From assembly GCA_026936335.1 (NCBI GenBank), contig JAPMXV010000045.1:124001-188000 (forward strand): a stretch of 64,000 nucleotides of DNA, read 5' to 3'. Position 1 is the stretch's first letter. The number at the start of each line of letters is the position of its first letter. This document shows, in pieces, positions 21,727 to 33,373 of the stretch. The notes under the pieces were generated by a model. That model saw only the letters and a list, made by a program, of their open reading frames with translations. It made no database searches and was not told where the DNA came from. The position numbers and the translations under genes are program-made. The DNA is from Mantamonas sphyraenae STR306. Lineage: Eukaryota > Protista > CRuMs.

Positions 21727-23142
21727 ATGACGGACTACGATTATGCAGAGATGGCCACAGAAGAGGTGTTGCCTCGTCTGCGCATTGTGCATGAACACCA
21801 CGCCGATCTGCAAAGCGAGCTGATCAGCACGTGTGTGTACGCAGGTCTGAGCACACTGGGGCTGTGGTGGGTGTTCAGTTCGCTGCGCAGCAACAGCAGC
21901 AGCAACGTGGACGGGGCTGCGTTGCAAAAGCGCAAGGAGCTGGTGGGCAAAAAGATGGCAGCACGCAAGGCCAAGGGGGAACAGGTGCCCGACTCGGTGG
22001 ATCTGGATTCCTTCGAGTTGCAGGTGCTTGCCTCGCAGGTGGTGCTGGACGACGAACTGACCACCACCTTTGAGTCGCTGGGAGGCCTGAAAGAAGCCAA
22101 GTTGCAGGTGAAGGAGAGCATTGTGCTTCCGTTCCGTCGACCGGAGCTGTTTGGCCTCGGGGGCGTGCGTCGAATGGGCCGCTTTGCAGGGTTGCGCCTT
22201 GCGTGCACAGGCGTGCTCCTCCACGGTCCTCCGGGCACAGGAAAGACATCCCTGGTCAAAGCGGCGTGCAAAGAAAGCAACGCGGTGTTCCTCAACGTCA
22301 GCGTGACCTCGCTGCAGAGCAAGTGGTACGGCGAGAGTGGCAAAATGGTGCAGGCGACCTTTTCGCTGGCCAAGAAGCTTGCCCCAGCCGTGCTCTTTCT
22401 GGACGAGGTGGACTCGTTCCTTCGACGACGTGACTACGGCCTGCACGAGGTGACGCGTCAGATGGCGGCGGAAGTGATGTCCCTGTGGGATGGACTCCTG
22501 AGCGAACAGGGAGGCCAAGTGATCGTCGTGGGTGCCACCAATCGCATCTGGGACATCGACGAAGCCATTCTGCGTCGTTTCTCCAAACACGTGCACGTGG
22601 GACTGCCCGACGCACACACACGCAGGGAGATCCTTGACAAACTGCTCTCCCACGACGACCTGGAGGATGCGTTTGACATGCAGACCCTCGTTGATCGCAC
22701 ACATGGGTACAGTGGCGCAGATTTGAAGGAGCTCACAAAGGTGGCGGTGAGCATGGGCCCTCTGCGAGAACACCTGGAGGCGGAATCCGCCGCCGCTGCT
22801 GCTGCTGCTACGGTTCCACAGCAGGGAAAGGACACCGAAACAGAGGCTCGACAGTTGCGCTTGAACGACTTTTTGGATGCAATGGAATATGTGAAACCCC
22901 CGCAGGAGGCGGCAGAGCGGGGCTGGCGAAGGGAGCAGCAGCAAGGATCATCGTCGTCGTCGTCGTCGTCGTCGGTGGTCGACAGGGACCAAATGACCGA
23001 CCTTTCTGACGCACAGTTGATGCACATGCTGGCCAGCATGATTGCAGGGATGACTGCTGGTGGTGGTGGTGGTGGTGGTGGTGTGAGGAGGCGGCGAAAG
23101 GCGCCGGAATTGGAACAGCTTGTCGGCCAGGCTGGCGGCTGA
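21727..23142 (+). CDS. ATAD1: Membrane-anchored AAA+ ATPase, ATAD1/Msp1 family
   Basis: N-terminal TM segment, FESLGGL, VLLHGPPGTGKT, SKWYGES, VLFLDEVDSFL, MSLWDGL, GATNR..DIDEAILRR and GYSGADL. Confidence 0.88.
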   Translation: MTDYDYAEMATEEVLPRLRIVHEHHADLQSELISTCVYAGLSTLGLWWVFSSLRSNSSSNVDGAALQKRKELVGKKMAARKAKGEQVPDSVDLDSFELQVLASQVVLDDELTTTFESLGGLKEAKLQVKESIVLPFRRPELFGLGGVRRMGRFAGLRLACTGVLLHGPPGTGKTSLVKAACKESNAVFLNVSVTSLQSKWYGESGKMVQATFSLAKKLAPAVLFLDEVDSFLRRRDYGLHEVTRQMAAEVMSLWDGLLSEQGGQVIVVGATNRIWDIDEAILRRFSKHVHVGLPDAHTRREILDKLLSHDDLEDAFDMQTLVDRTHGYSGADLKELTKVAVSMGPLREHLEAESAAAAAAATVPQQGKDTETEARQLRLNDFLDAMEYVKPPQEAAERGWRREQQQGSSSSSSSSSVVDRDQMTDLSDAQLMHMLASMIAGMTAGGGGGGGGVRRRRKAPELEQLVGQAGG

Positions 23143-23966
23143 TGAGGCAACGCAATACGAACCACCCGGAAGGGAAGCACAAAAGGATGAGCAGCGGAGA
23201 GGGCAAGGGCAATGAAACACAGCGCAAGCGGGATCTGATGGCGTCGGAGTTTGAGTTTTGGGACCAGAAGTGGCAGTCCGGAAACACTCCGTGGACGGAG
23301 CGAGAGTGGGATGCGTTCTGGAAGGTGCTGTGGTCGTATGGGGAGGAACACATGGCTGGGGTGGATGAGGTGCCACAGAATGTGTTTGTGCCGCTGTGTG
23401 GCAACACGGGAGCACTGCTGTGGTTCCACAACGACAAGCAGCTGGAGGTGGTGGGCGTCGACCTGTCGGAAACAGCCATCCTGGACATGGCGGATCGGTT
23501 TGGAGGCCGCGATGGCTTCACAGTGCAGGAGGGCAGCGAGCGAGTGTTTGCGGACGGGGCCACAGTGGCGGTGGAGGGTGTGGAGTCGGTTGACAACGCC
23601 AAGGTGTTGGACAACGGAAAAGGCGTGCAACTGGTGGTGGACGACATCCTGGCTTATCCCGTGGCCCAGGGCCAGTTTGGATTGGTGTACGACGTCGGTT
23701 GCTTCATGGCACTGGCACCGGAACTGCGGGCGGATTTCGTCAAAGTTGTCACACAGGCCACGGCCAGGGGGGGCCTCTGGCTGCAAAATGCAGTGGTGCG
23801 TAGTGATGACAAGGGTCCCCCCTATGCTGTCCACAAGGATGGCGACTACGAGGCGGCCATGCGCGACTATTTGGGCGATGCGTGGGAAATCGTCTCCAAT
23901 GAGCCGTACCAGCTGGACTATGAGACACGTTGGACCTACCGCATCTATGTGTTCCGTCGTTTGTGA
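23142..23966 (+). CDS. Thiopurine/thiol-halide S-methyltransferase-like protein (true start may be 23188 or 23238)
   Basis: FWDQKWQSGNTPW, VFVPLCG, VVGVDLSETAI, FGLVYDVGCFMAL and GPPYAV. Confidence 0.85.
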   Translation: MRQRNTNHPEGKHKRMSSGEGKGNETQRKRDLMASEFEFWDQKWQSGNTPWTEREWDAFWKVLWSYGEEHMAGVDEVPQNVFVPLCGNTGALLWFHNDKQLEVVGVDLSETAILDMADRFGGRDGFTVQEGSERVFADGATVAVEGVESVDNAKVLDNGKGVQLVVDDILAYPVAQGQFGLVYDVGCFMALAPELRADFVKVVTQATARGGLWLQNAVVRSDDKGPPYAVHKDGDYEAAMRDYLGDAWEIVSNEPYQLDYETRWTYRIYVFRRL

Positions 23967-24140
23967 GGATTGGGGGTCTCATGCGCGCGTGCGGGCGAAG
24001 GGAAGCAGGGTTTTCCGTTTTTGGAAGCCAACTTCCAGACGCGCGTCTCCGGAGAGGGGAAAAAAAGAAAAATTTGGGCATTGCCCTGCAACTGCCAACA
24101 AAAAAACTTTGGAGAGACGCGACGTGGAGGAACAACAAAC

Positions 24141-25224
24141 ATGAACAACGATTACCGTATGAACACATGGGACGCGTCCATGAAGGACCTGTTCAGTCTC
24201 ACAAGCCTGCAGTTTGACGTCAAGGGCAACGCTGCGTTCGGGACCGAGTGCCAGGATGTTTCGTCCAGCATTCACGCGCCGGAAATGCAACCTGTCGAAC
24301 ACTCGCCTGCAGACGACGAGGACACCCTCAACGCATATATGATGGGTATGGGCTGGGACAGCGCAGCACACTCTGCGTCCCTGGCATCTGGCAAGAACAC
24401 AAAGCAGCAGCTTCCGGCAAAGCACGCGGTCGCAGCCGTTGAGGCGGATCCACTCTGGAAGCTGGACAGCCTCATGGCTTTCTCCCCCGCATCGACATAC
24501 AGCATGGACCAAGACTCCGAGGCCGACTCTGGTAAGTGATCTTGAGTGTGTACACCATGTGCACAGCGTGTTGTGGCCCAAACGGAGGCTCCGCCGGAGA
24601 GGGAAAAAATTCGCACAGGCGCCGAGACGATGCTGACCAAAAAACGCACAAACCCGCACTCCCTACTCTGCAGTGGCCACTGTTCCGGACGACCAACCCA
24701 AGGTGGAATTTGATCTGGCATCGGTGCAGCTGTACGGCACGGCATTGCCCCGTGAAACAAAGGCCACGAGCGAGAGGAAGCGAAAACGCGAAGAGGAGCT
24801 GTCGGCGGGAAGCGAAGAAATCCCGGCAACTGTGCATTCGGAGGGCGGCAACAAGCGCCAGCGCGTGAGCGCAGCAGGCAACTCGCGCGACCATCTGCTG
24901 TCCCTCACATTGACGGAGGAGCACCGCGAGAACCTGCGGCTGATCCTGGAACACAAGAAGCAAGCGGAAGCCGAGGCGGCGGCGCAAAGGAACCCGGAGA
25001 AGCTGTACGTTGTGCAAGTCGCCGACCCAGAATCCGACAACGTTATCGAGCTGTCCTGGACGCTCGAAATGCGCAAGGAAGGCGACGGCGATGAGCAGTG
25101 CTGCATTGTGTGGGTACAGGCTCCGCACATGCGAAGTGGCTTCAACACAGTCAAGCTCAACAAGCAGCGCAGGACCAGCATCACCAAGCAGATCTACTCC
25201 AAGCTCGCGCGCGACCGAAAGTGA
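24141..25224 (+). CDS. Hypothetical protein, 2 exons, basic NLS-like patch (RKRKR)
   Basis: ORF 23970-24539 joined to ORF 24673-25224 through an intron gtaagt (24532)..ctgcag (24672). Confidence 0.6.
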
Positions 25225-25497
25225 CCTTTTTTCCTTCGTCACTCCCGATTTTTCGCGTCCAAGACGCTCCCTTTTACTCAACATGACTTCATGACATCCG
25301 TATCGGAATACCCAAACACATCCATACCAAGAAGAATGAAAAAAACAACCATACCCATCATACGCCGTCTTTGTTTGCACACACAGCCGTCGAAGGATGA
25401 TCTCTCCGCGGCGACATTTTGGTTTCCTCTCCCCTGGCGCACGTGTGGTGGTTCTGCACATCCATCCATTCATTGGGAGCAACCCACTGCGTCAGCG

Positions 25498-27878
25498 TCA
25501 CTTTGTGTGAACAACCGCACGCCAGGGCTCACACAAGGCACCCATGAGGCGCGCATTCATGAGCGAACTGCGAGGACGCAACACTGTGACGGGCACGTAG
25601 GCGTGAGCCTGGGCATCAAAGCGCACGACGACCACGAGATCGATTGTCCACTCGTGGCTGTCGTGTCCCAGGTCCACGGGCACCAGCCATTGGGGCTCCA
25701 TGGACCACAGGTCAAAGGACTCGCACACCAGGCGTGCGTGCATGCTGTTGTGCATGGAACGTGTCACGTCCACCGCCGCCTCCAGCACCTCGAGGAGCAC
25801 GGGGCCCTCCAGCTGCCTGGCCCAGTCGGGGAACCTGTCCAGACGCTCGTGCAGCAGGTGTGCCTGCCGTTCCTCGCTGAGGTTGTCGAAGCGCACACGC
25901 ATGCTGCGGTCGTACACCAGGTTCTCCGGGTGCAACACCTGCTCACGGTGTGCGTTCTGCCTCAGCATCTGCATCTGGATGCTCACCCAATCGAGCCGCG
26001 GCCACAGGGGCAACGACGCAGGCAGCTGTCCCTTGAGTTGCATCGATGTCTGCAAGTGGTCCTGCAGATCGCCCTGCACCACACACGCACCCACCATGCG
26101 CATTTGTGTGCCCTCTTTGCCGCCCTCACCATCACAAAACTTATGTACATCTCCTCCCGCGTCAGGCCGCTCAGCAGTCCCGTGTTCACCAGCACCCCGT
26201 TCTCAAACACCGCCCGGTCGCCCAACACACGCAGCGTGAGCAACAACCGCATACGCAAGTACTTGCTCAACAGATCCAGGTTGTTCCACAACACCTTGTG
26301 TTCGTCCGCAAGGAAATCTCCCAGCACGTCGGCCTCGTCCTCCTCCACCCACGACGCAGGCGCCAGTTGCCGTTCCAGATTGTGGTCGGCAATCAGCTGA
26401 TGGATGGCCGCGTACCCGTCGTCGTCCAGTGAGTCGTCCAGCACCAGTCCGCCGGCCTCGCCTGTGTGCCTCTCGTCCGCAGCGAGCAGGTGCTCGTCCA
26501 CACAGAGCTGAGACCACAGCCCGGGTTGTCGCTCCGCCTGGCTGTCCACCCACGCTTCCAGCAAACGCTGCAGCTGCTCGATGGGCACACACACAAACCG
26601 TGAGTTCTCCTGCGTGCTCTCCACACGCAATTGCTGCAGGGTGCACAGCCGACGCACGAAAAAGGTCTGCTTTGCGTTCTGCCTGCTGTTGCGCGAGCCC
26701 AGCAGACACCACACGTGTTTCACCCTCTCCTCCTCCTGATGCTCCTTTCCCACGTCCGTGTGCTCCTTGTCCTCGTTTGGCTGGCGGCCCTCTTTGTGCA
26801 TCTGCGCGAAAAAGGGAATCACCACCAGCTTGTTCGATAGCGTCAGACTGCTCGTGTACTCGTTGCACAAATAGTTGAACACGTCCCGATGCGACTCTGC
26901 TCCAAGCTCGGGTATCCTCTGCAGCACATCCTCCGCCACAAACTTGGGCACAAACACTTCGTCCAGAAGCGTGCGTCGGGGCGATTCACTCGAAAAGCGC
27001 CGAAGATCCACTTCCCAGTCCTCCTCCTCCACACTCTCCCGCCTCACCTCGACCTCGGGCGAGCTGTACAACGTCGACACACTCATCGCCGACGACGACG
27101 ACGCGTTCGATGACGCGCTGTCTACTCGTCCGGGTCGCTGTTGCAAGCTAGCCACCGCACGAAGCTTCTGCTCCAGAACGTCCAACGCGGACGGCAGCGA
27201 TTCCAGCAGAATTTCGTCCCACTCCAACGCCCTCGCGTGCTCGACCACCTCCTCTAATGTACACATTGTAGCAGCCACGTACTGCTGTGCATGCTTGCCC
27301 CGCTTCTCTTGCGTGTTCCGATGTGCCAGAAAGCACCATGTGGCCGAGCCGTTTGGGTCCGCGTAAAACGGAAGCACCAGCCCGAAATGCTCCGACCACT
27401 CCAGGGTCCATGTGTATGACTTTCGCAGGAAACCAAATAGGTTGCGGAAACGGGACACCGGAAATGAAGGGATATCGCGGATGGCCGCCGTCACCAGGGC
27501 CGGAGGGAGCCAGATCGCGTCCAACAACGTCTTTCGGAAATGTGTGTGTGTGTCCAGTCCGTCAAAGTCCCGGTACGCGCACCGCCACCGGGCGCCCGTA
27601 CACTCTCCCTCCTCCTCTGTGCTCGACGCCGATGACATGTGCCCCGTCTCTTCCTCTCGCCGCCCTCCTGTCCAGCTGCCTGTGCTCCCTGTGCTTCCTA
27701 GGCTGCTCAGGCTGCTTGTGCTGCTGTTCCGCCTCCGTCTTGGGACCTTGTGGACACCATTCGCACCATTGTACTCCTGCAGTTCCTTGCCCACGGGCAA
27801 GCTATTCCTGTTGCGCCCACTCTGAGACACACTCTGCCGCAACCATGTCGGCATGAAAGGTGTCGGGTGTGTACTCAT
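25498..27878 (-). CDS. DUF3825-domain protein with two upstream degenerate internal repeats; start uncertain
   Basis: VNTGLL..EEMYISF, LVYD, RLDRFPD, QWLVPVDL, YVPVTVL..SLMNARL..PW match the DUF3825 pattern. A 56-bp GT-AG intron (26129-26074) joins ORFs 25983-28007 and 25498-26103 in frame. Confidence 0.7.
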
Positions 27879-28349
27879 CTCCTGTGATGACGCTGTGTGT
27901 CGTTCAAGAACTTTCCTGGGTCCGGTTTGTGTGAAAAACCTCCCCCCCTTTTTTTCTCCCAGCCGAGACGACAACTTTGGCCCCACCTGCGCGACCCCGT
28001 CGTTCACCTATGACTATCGAACCCACTCGAGCGATTCCGACACGTGTCATGACCCTTCTTCACCAGTGTCCACCTGCAATATGCTCCCCTGCGCTTCGCA
28101 TGTCCATCGCACGAGCCTTGGAAGAAATCGTCCATGCCAGCTGGGCGACAAGGATGACACGACACGCAACATGAACCACAACTGACACGCGCACTCGCAC
28201 GTGGCAATGCACGCACACATGCGGTGAACCTCGTTTTGAACGCACACACACAGGCAATTTCCCTCTCGCACGCAAGTTTTCATTTCTGGCAAACCTTCGC
28301 CGAAATTGCGCACGCGCGTTTTTCCCGCCCAGGCCCATGCACGCACAGC

Positions 28350-31300
28350 TCATTTGAAGGCACTGTCCACGTCGACACTGGCAAACGGGTCTACAAAGTA
28401 GCGCATGCCCGCAGCCGACTCCTCGTCGCTCTCCTGCAGGATTTTCAAGTTGGTGTGCGTCTTCAGGTCGTGAAAGGTGTCCACGCTGATTTGGATCATG
28501 CCTGGACGCCCACTGGCCTCCAGCTCAAAGGCTTTGTCCACTGTGCCACCCCAGATGTCAAACGAAAAGCGGTTGACGCCGATGACGCCCGCGACAACGG
28601 GGCCTGTGTTGACGCCCACACGCAGCTTGAGCGACGCCCCCACCTCTTCGTTGAACGACTCCAGGGCTTTGAGCATGTCGATGGAAAACAGCACGGCCTT
28701 GTACGCGTGCTCACGATCCCAATCGGGCACCCCCTGCACGCCGACGTACGCATCGCCAATCGTTTTGATCTTCTCCACGCCGTGGTACTTGGCCGCCTTG
28801 TCGAAGCGTGCAATGAGGTGGTCCAACACAGACACCACGGCCAGCGGCGTCAGCTGCGACGACATGGCCGTGTAGCCCACCACGTCGGCTTCAATCACGC
28901 TGCATCGCTCGTGGTACGACGACACAACCTCCTTGCCGTCGGGCAGGTTGTTGCGCATGCTCTTGCGGATGCTGGTGGGCAGCACATTGTCCAGCATGCC
29001 CTCAAAGTGCTTGCGCTCCCGTCGGATCTGCCTCTGCTTGCGGTTGTTTGCATCCAGCATCAGGTAGTGAATGCGTGTCGTGCGTTCGATGTTGTATGCC
29101 GCCCGGTACGTGACCCAAAAGTTGAGCAGCAGGAGGAGGATGGAGTAAAAGTCCACAGCGGGTGCGGTGAAGCTGGATGTAGCCACAACCACCGCCACAA
29201 ACAGCGCCAGATGCACCACAAACATCACATACTTGTGTGCGCCCACAAAGCAGGCCATGAAAATGTACAGAGAGGCCACCGTCTCGTAGATGGACTTGAC
29301 ATTGTGGGGCAAGCCCAACAGCGTGGTGAGCATCACCACGGCGCTGCTCACCACCGTCACCGCCACAAACGTCACCTTGCGCATGCGCGGATGCAACGCA
29401 AGCCGCTCCACGGTCACACAGGCCAGCAGGAGCACGGGAAGCATGGTGCACAGGGTAATCAACAGGTTGGTTGTCGCCCACGGCTCGGGCAAATCCAGGT
29501 ACCCCAACCCGGCCTGCGCACCAAAGTACACCGCCCCCAGGATGAACGAGCCACGAACCATGCCCGTGTACTTTTGGGCAAAGAAGGCATGGAAGCCCTC
29601 CTCCTTGCGGTCGTCACGCATGCGCAACTGGTGCGGTCGCAGCTCCTCAAACACATTCTGGAAATCCTTGCGGATCTGGTCGCTGACCTCGGTCATCATG
29701 TTGGCCATGCGACGGGTGTTGCGCGTGTCACGCAACTCCTGCAGGTCGTCGCCCAGCAGCGCACTGACGCGCTTCTGGATCGAGGCCCCGCCGAGGGCTC
29801 CCGGGGTCGGGTCTGAGCGTCCGTGGCTCTCTCTGCGCGGACCCTGCTGGAATCGTTTGGCCGTGTGCACGGCGCTGCGTTTGAGTTTGTACGTGTTGTC
29901 CTCGGGCAGAAGGTCGAAGCTGAGGCGAAGGTAGACGGAGCCGTGTTCCACGCCCTCGAGACGCAAGGGACCCACCTCGCGCGACTCGCCGGCAATCATC
30001 CCCTCCAGCGAGACGGTGGTGAAGCCCAGGGTGTCGTCCTTGCTCATCACGTCGTGGTCAAACACCTCCACGCGCACGGGCTCGTTCAGCGAACACAGCC
30101 CCAACTCCAACGACTCGCCCCACACCGGGTTCAGCGTGGCCGTGGCAATGGCCGTCGACACACGCTGTCTGTGCAGCGACACAATCACATACGGGTCGCT
30201 GCGACCGCCCACGTCCGCCGCTGTCAGGTTGGTGGCACGGTCCACGTGGACGGTGAGCACGGCAAAGGGCCGCTCCGCACCCTCCGCATCCGATCCGCCC
30301 GCCTGCAACTTGAGCAGATCGTTGGGCGTGGGAGGCGGTCCAGACGCATAGCGATACCGTGGCACAAACCGTTCGCCGTCCTCTAGTGTGCGCAGCATCA
30401 CCTCCACGTCCAGGGTGCCGCGCGACACACCTGCCAGCGCACGTGACACCTTGACCCCCTGGTCCTGCGGCAATTCTGCAAGTTGGATGTCCAGATGGCC
30501 CAGCACATCGCTGCTCTTGAGCCGATCGTAGTCAAACAGCTGCACAGACAGCTTCTCACCGCCAGCCACTTCCTTGTCGCTCACCACAAAGTCAAACGCC
30601 TGGTCCCACACGGGATTCAGCGTGGCCATTTGGATGGAGGAAATCACAGCCTGACGCGTGCCACACACAATGTACGCAAAGGGGTCGCTCTTGCCACCCA
30701 CATCCTTGCTCAGCAGGTTGCGCGCGCGTTGCAGGTGCACGCGCAGCACAAGCGACCCCGCCGGCGCAGGTGTGCGGTCAAACTTGGAGTGCACCAGATT
30801 GGCCCTGCTGTTCATCATTGCCTCTTTGCTCTTGTCCAACGTGCCAAAGCGCCCTTCCTGCGCCACACGGTCCATCACCGTGGTTTCGCTGATCGAGCTT
30901 CCCTTGCCCTTGCCAATGGGCGGCAGAGTCCCCGCCTTGCTGGTCGTTGAGGGGGTGGACGATGATGATGATGAAGAAGAAGATGATGATGACGAGGTGG
31001 TGGTTGTGGTTGTGGTGGTGGCGGTGTCCGTCACACCAGAGTCTGCTGCTGCTGTTCCGGTGCCAGAGTCAGTAGAGGAAGAAGAGGACGAGGATGAGGA
31101 CGAGGATGATGATGAAGATGATGATGATGGCGCGTCCTCAGCCTGTTTCTTGGCCACTTGCTCCTTGGCAGCATGCTGTGCCTGTGCTTGTGCAAGGAGA
31201 TCGACACCGACGGAAGCGTCCGAGTCTGCAGCAGCGTCGTCTGCCTGCGGTGCATTGCCCGACTGGTCGTCCACCTCTGCGCCTCCCGGGTTGTCTGCGC

Positions 31301-32992
31301 CGTAGAGCATGGAGCTGGGGTTGCTTATGCGATCCTTGTAAAAGTAGGTTTCCATGCGTCCTTTGCCCTTCACCTGCATGTGTTCCGGCCCGCGAAACTC
31401 ATAGAGGTGCTTGACCAGCTTGTAGGTGCTGCTGCTGATGTGGATCTGGTTTGGAGGACAGGTGCTTTCCATGCGGCTGGCCACGTTGACGGTGTCGCCC
31501 CAGATGTCGTAGCACAGTTTCGACTCGCCAATGATACCGGCCACCAGCTCGCCGCTGTTGATACCAATGTAGGGCCGGATTGGAATGTCCAGCTTGCGTC
31601 CAAGCCGTGGCAGCTCGCTGAGCAGGTCGACGGCGTAGGCCATGGCGTGCTCCGCGTGCTTGTCCTGGGCCGTGGGCACGCCGCACACAGCCATGTAGAT
31701 GTCCCCAATGGTTTTGATCTTTTCCATCTTGTGCTTCTTGGCAATGCGGTCGATGACCACACAGATCTTGTTGAGCAGCTCGACCGTCTGCACGGCGGTG
31801 AGGTCGGCGGTGATGTCCAGGAACTTGTACACGCCCACAAACACCACCGAGGTGTTTTCAAAGTTGTCCGCAAGGTTGAGAGTGCTCTGGGCGCCTGCCA
31901 GGGAGGAGCATACGACTTCGGGCAGAATGGCGTGCAGAAGCTTCTGTGACTTGCCGTGCTCCTTTTGGAACGCCTTTGTGGCCACCTCGATGTTTAGGTT
32001 GTCGTAGAACACATGCCGTTGTGACAGCTCCAGGCTATAGCTGGTGGCCATGCCGACGAGCTGGCCCACGAAAAGACGCACCACAGTGAGCGAGGGAAAC
32101 AGCGCCAGGTGAGTGATGAGCACGAGCAAACCCAGCATGCTCGCCGTCACAAACTTCAAACACAGCGCGCCAGAGAACGCTGCTGCCGACAGGGTCAACA
32201 GGGCAAGCGTCGATGACTGCGCCACTGTTTGCAGCGATGGGTCTTCGATGATCTGTTGGTGTGTGTGTGTGTGTGTGAGCCGCGTTGCCCCCAATTGGCA
32301 AGGTGCGGAAGGCAACACATTAAACGCAAAGGTGCAGGGTTTGTGAGGGAGGCAGGGGAGACACGCGGGCACATGGGACGGGAGCGGGTGGCCCATGTGT
32401 GTACGTACAGTCATCCAGAACACCAGGGTGGCGACAATGATGTAGTAGGTGCCTGCAAAGTACTGGGAGTAGTTCTGGAAAAAGCGGTTGTTGGTGAAGC
32501 GTTCGAGACCCAAGCAGTACAGGGTGGTGATGCAGGCCCAGACAATGATTCCAGTGTAGGTCTCTGGCGGGCCTGTAAACGGGGCCACACGCACACCGAC
32601 ACAAATAAAAAACACAATGGCACCGAGCACGGTGGCGAGCAAGATGGCACGCAAGTCGCGGACGAACGAAGCCAGCAGGCGCTCGGTGAAGTATGCCTCC
32701 ACCTCCTCGTCCTGGAACTGGAGCAAGTACGGGTGTGGATGGGCCTGTGGCGATGGTGTGTGTGGCGCAGGTTCAACCGCGGTGGTGTGCACGTGGGGCG
32801 GGGTGGAAACGGGGCGGAGTTTTGGGTGGGTGTCAGGACACAAACTCAAAACGGCTGACGACGCCACCACACACACAGTACCTTGTGCAGCAAATTGCGA
32901 ATGGTGCGCGCATCCAAAGCTTCATCCTTCTGTGCGAAGGGTTCCACCGTGTCGACCGAAGCGGCGTACTTGCTTGCCACAGAACGACGCAT
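28350..32992 (-). CDS. Class III membrane nucleotidyl (probably adenylyl) cyclase: TM block - cyclase - C2 - C2 - TM block - cyclase
   Basis: Two EKIKTIGD motifs, YDIWGDTVNVASRMES and FDIWGGTV; C2 motifs DVGGKSDPF/TLNPVW/FDYD and DVGGRSDPY/TLNPVW/FDHD. Introns at about 32881-32745 and 32408-32253. Confidence 0.9.
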
Positions 32993-33084
32993 CGGATTGC
33001 GGAGGCAGGTTTTGGAGGCGTCGGCGCCGCCGGAACAGCGTGAACTTGATTGTCCACGGGGAAAGACACCCTGAACAGTCATTC

Positions 33085-33365
33085 GATGCTCTATGACACC
33101 GTGACACCGGAATCGTGTGCATGAACGTGTCATCATGGATCGCAGAGGTGTCCACGGTCGGTCGCAAAGACCTGACCGGCTGGCGGAGCCACCCATTGTT
33201 GAATCCACCGTGCTGTGCACATCCGGAACAACAACGAAATACGCAGCGTCGTGTAAACTTCGCCACTGATGAACTATCTGAGAGGCTGCACGTGAAAGTG
33301 GTCCCAGCAGATCCTCGTTCATCATCGTTGTTGGTTGCCTGATGCCACACAGCACGTGTGGAAGG
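33085..33365 (-). ncRNA. Candidate Fanzor omegaRNA scaffold (structured non-coding segment just 3' of the RuvC ORF)
   Basis: Nested complementary stems 33204-33217/33348-33362, 33229-33237/33325-33333, 33267-33274/33317-33324 and 33276-33280/33308-33312, plus hairpins 33155-33178 and 33093-33099/33127-33133. The position matches the TnpB/Fanzor omegaRNA. Confidence 0.6.
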
Positions 33366-33373
33366 TTTCACAC

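Noticed and set aside
28224-29816. Long antisense ORFs (also 21172-22944, 41712-43325, 25291-26400, 11002-12099)
   Set aside because: These are shadow frames of GC3-rich genes on the opposite strand, with no motifs of their own.
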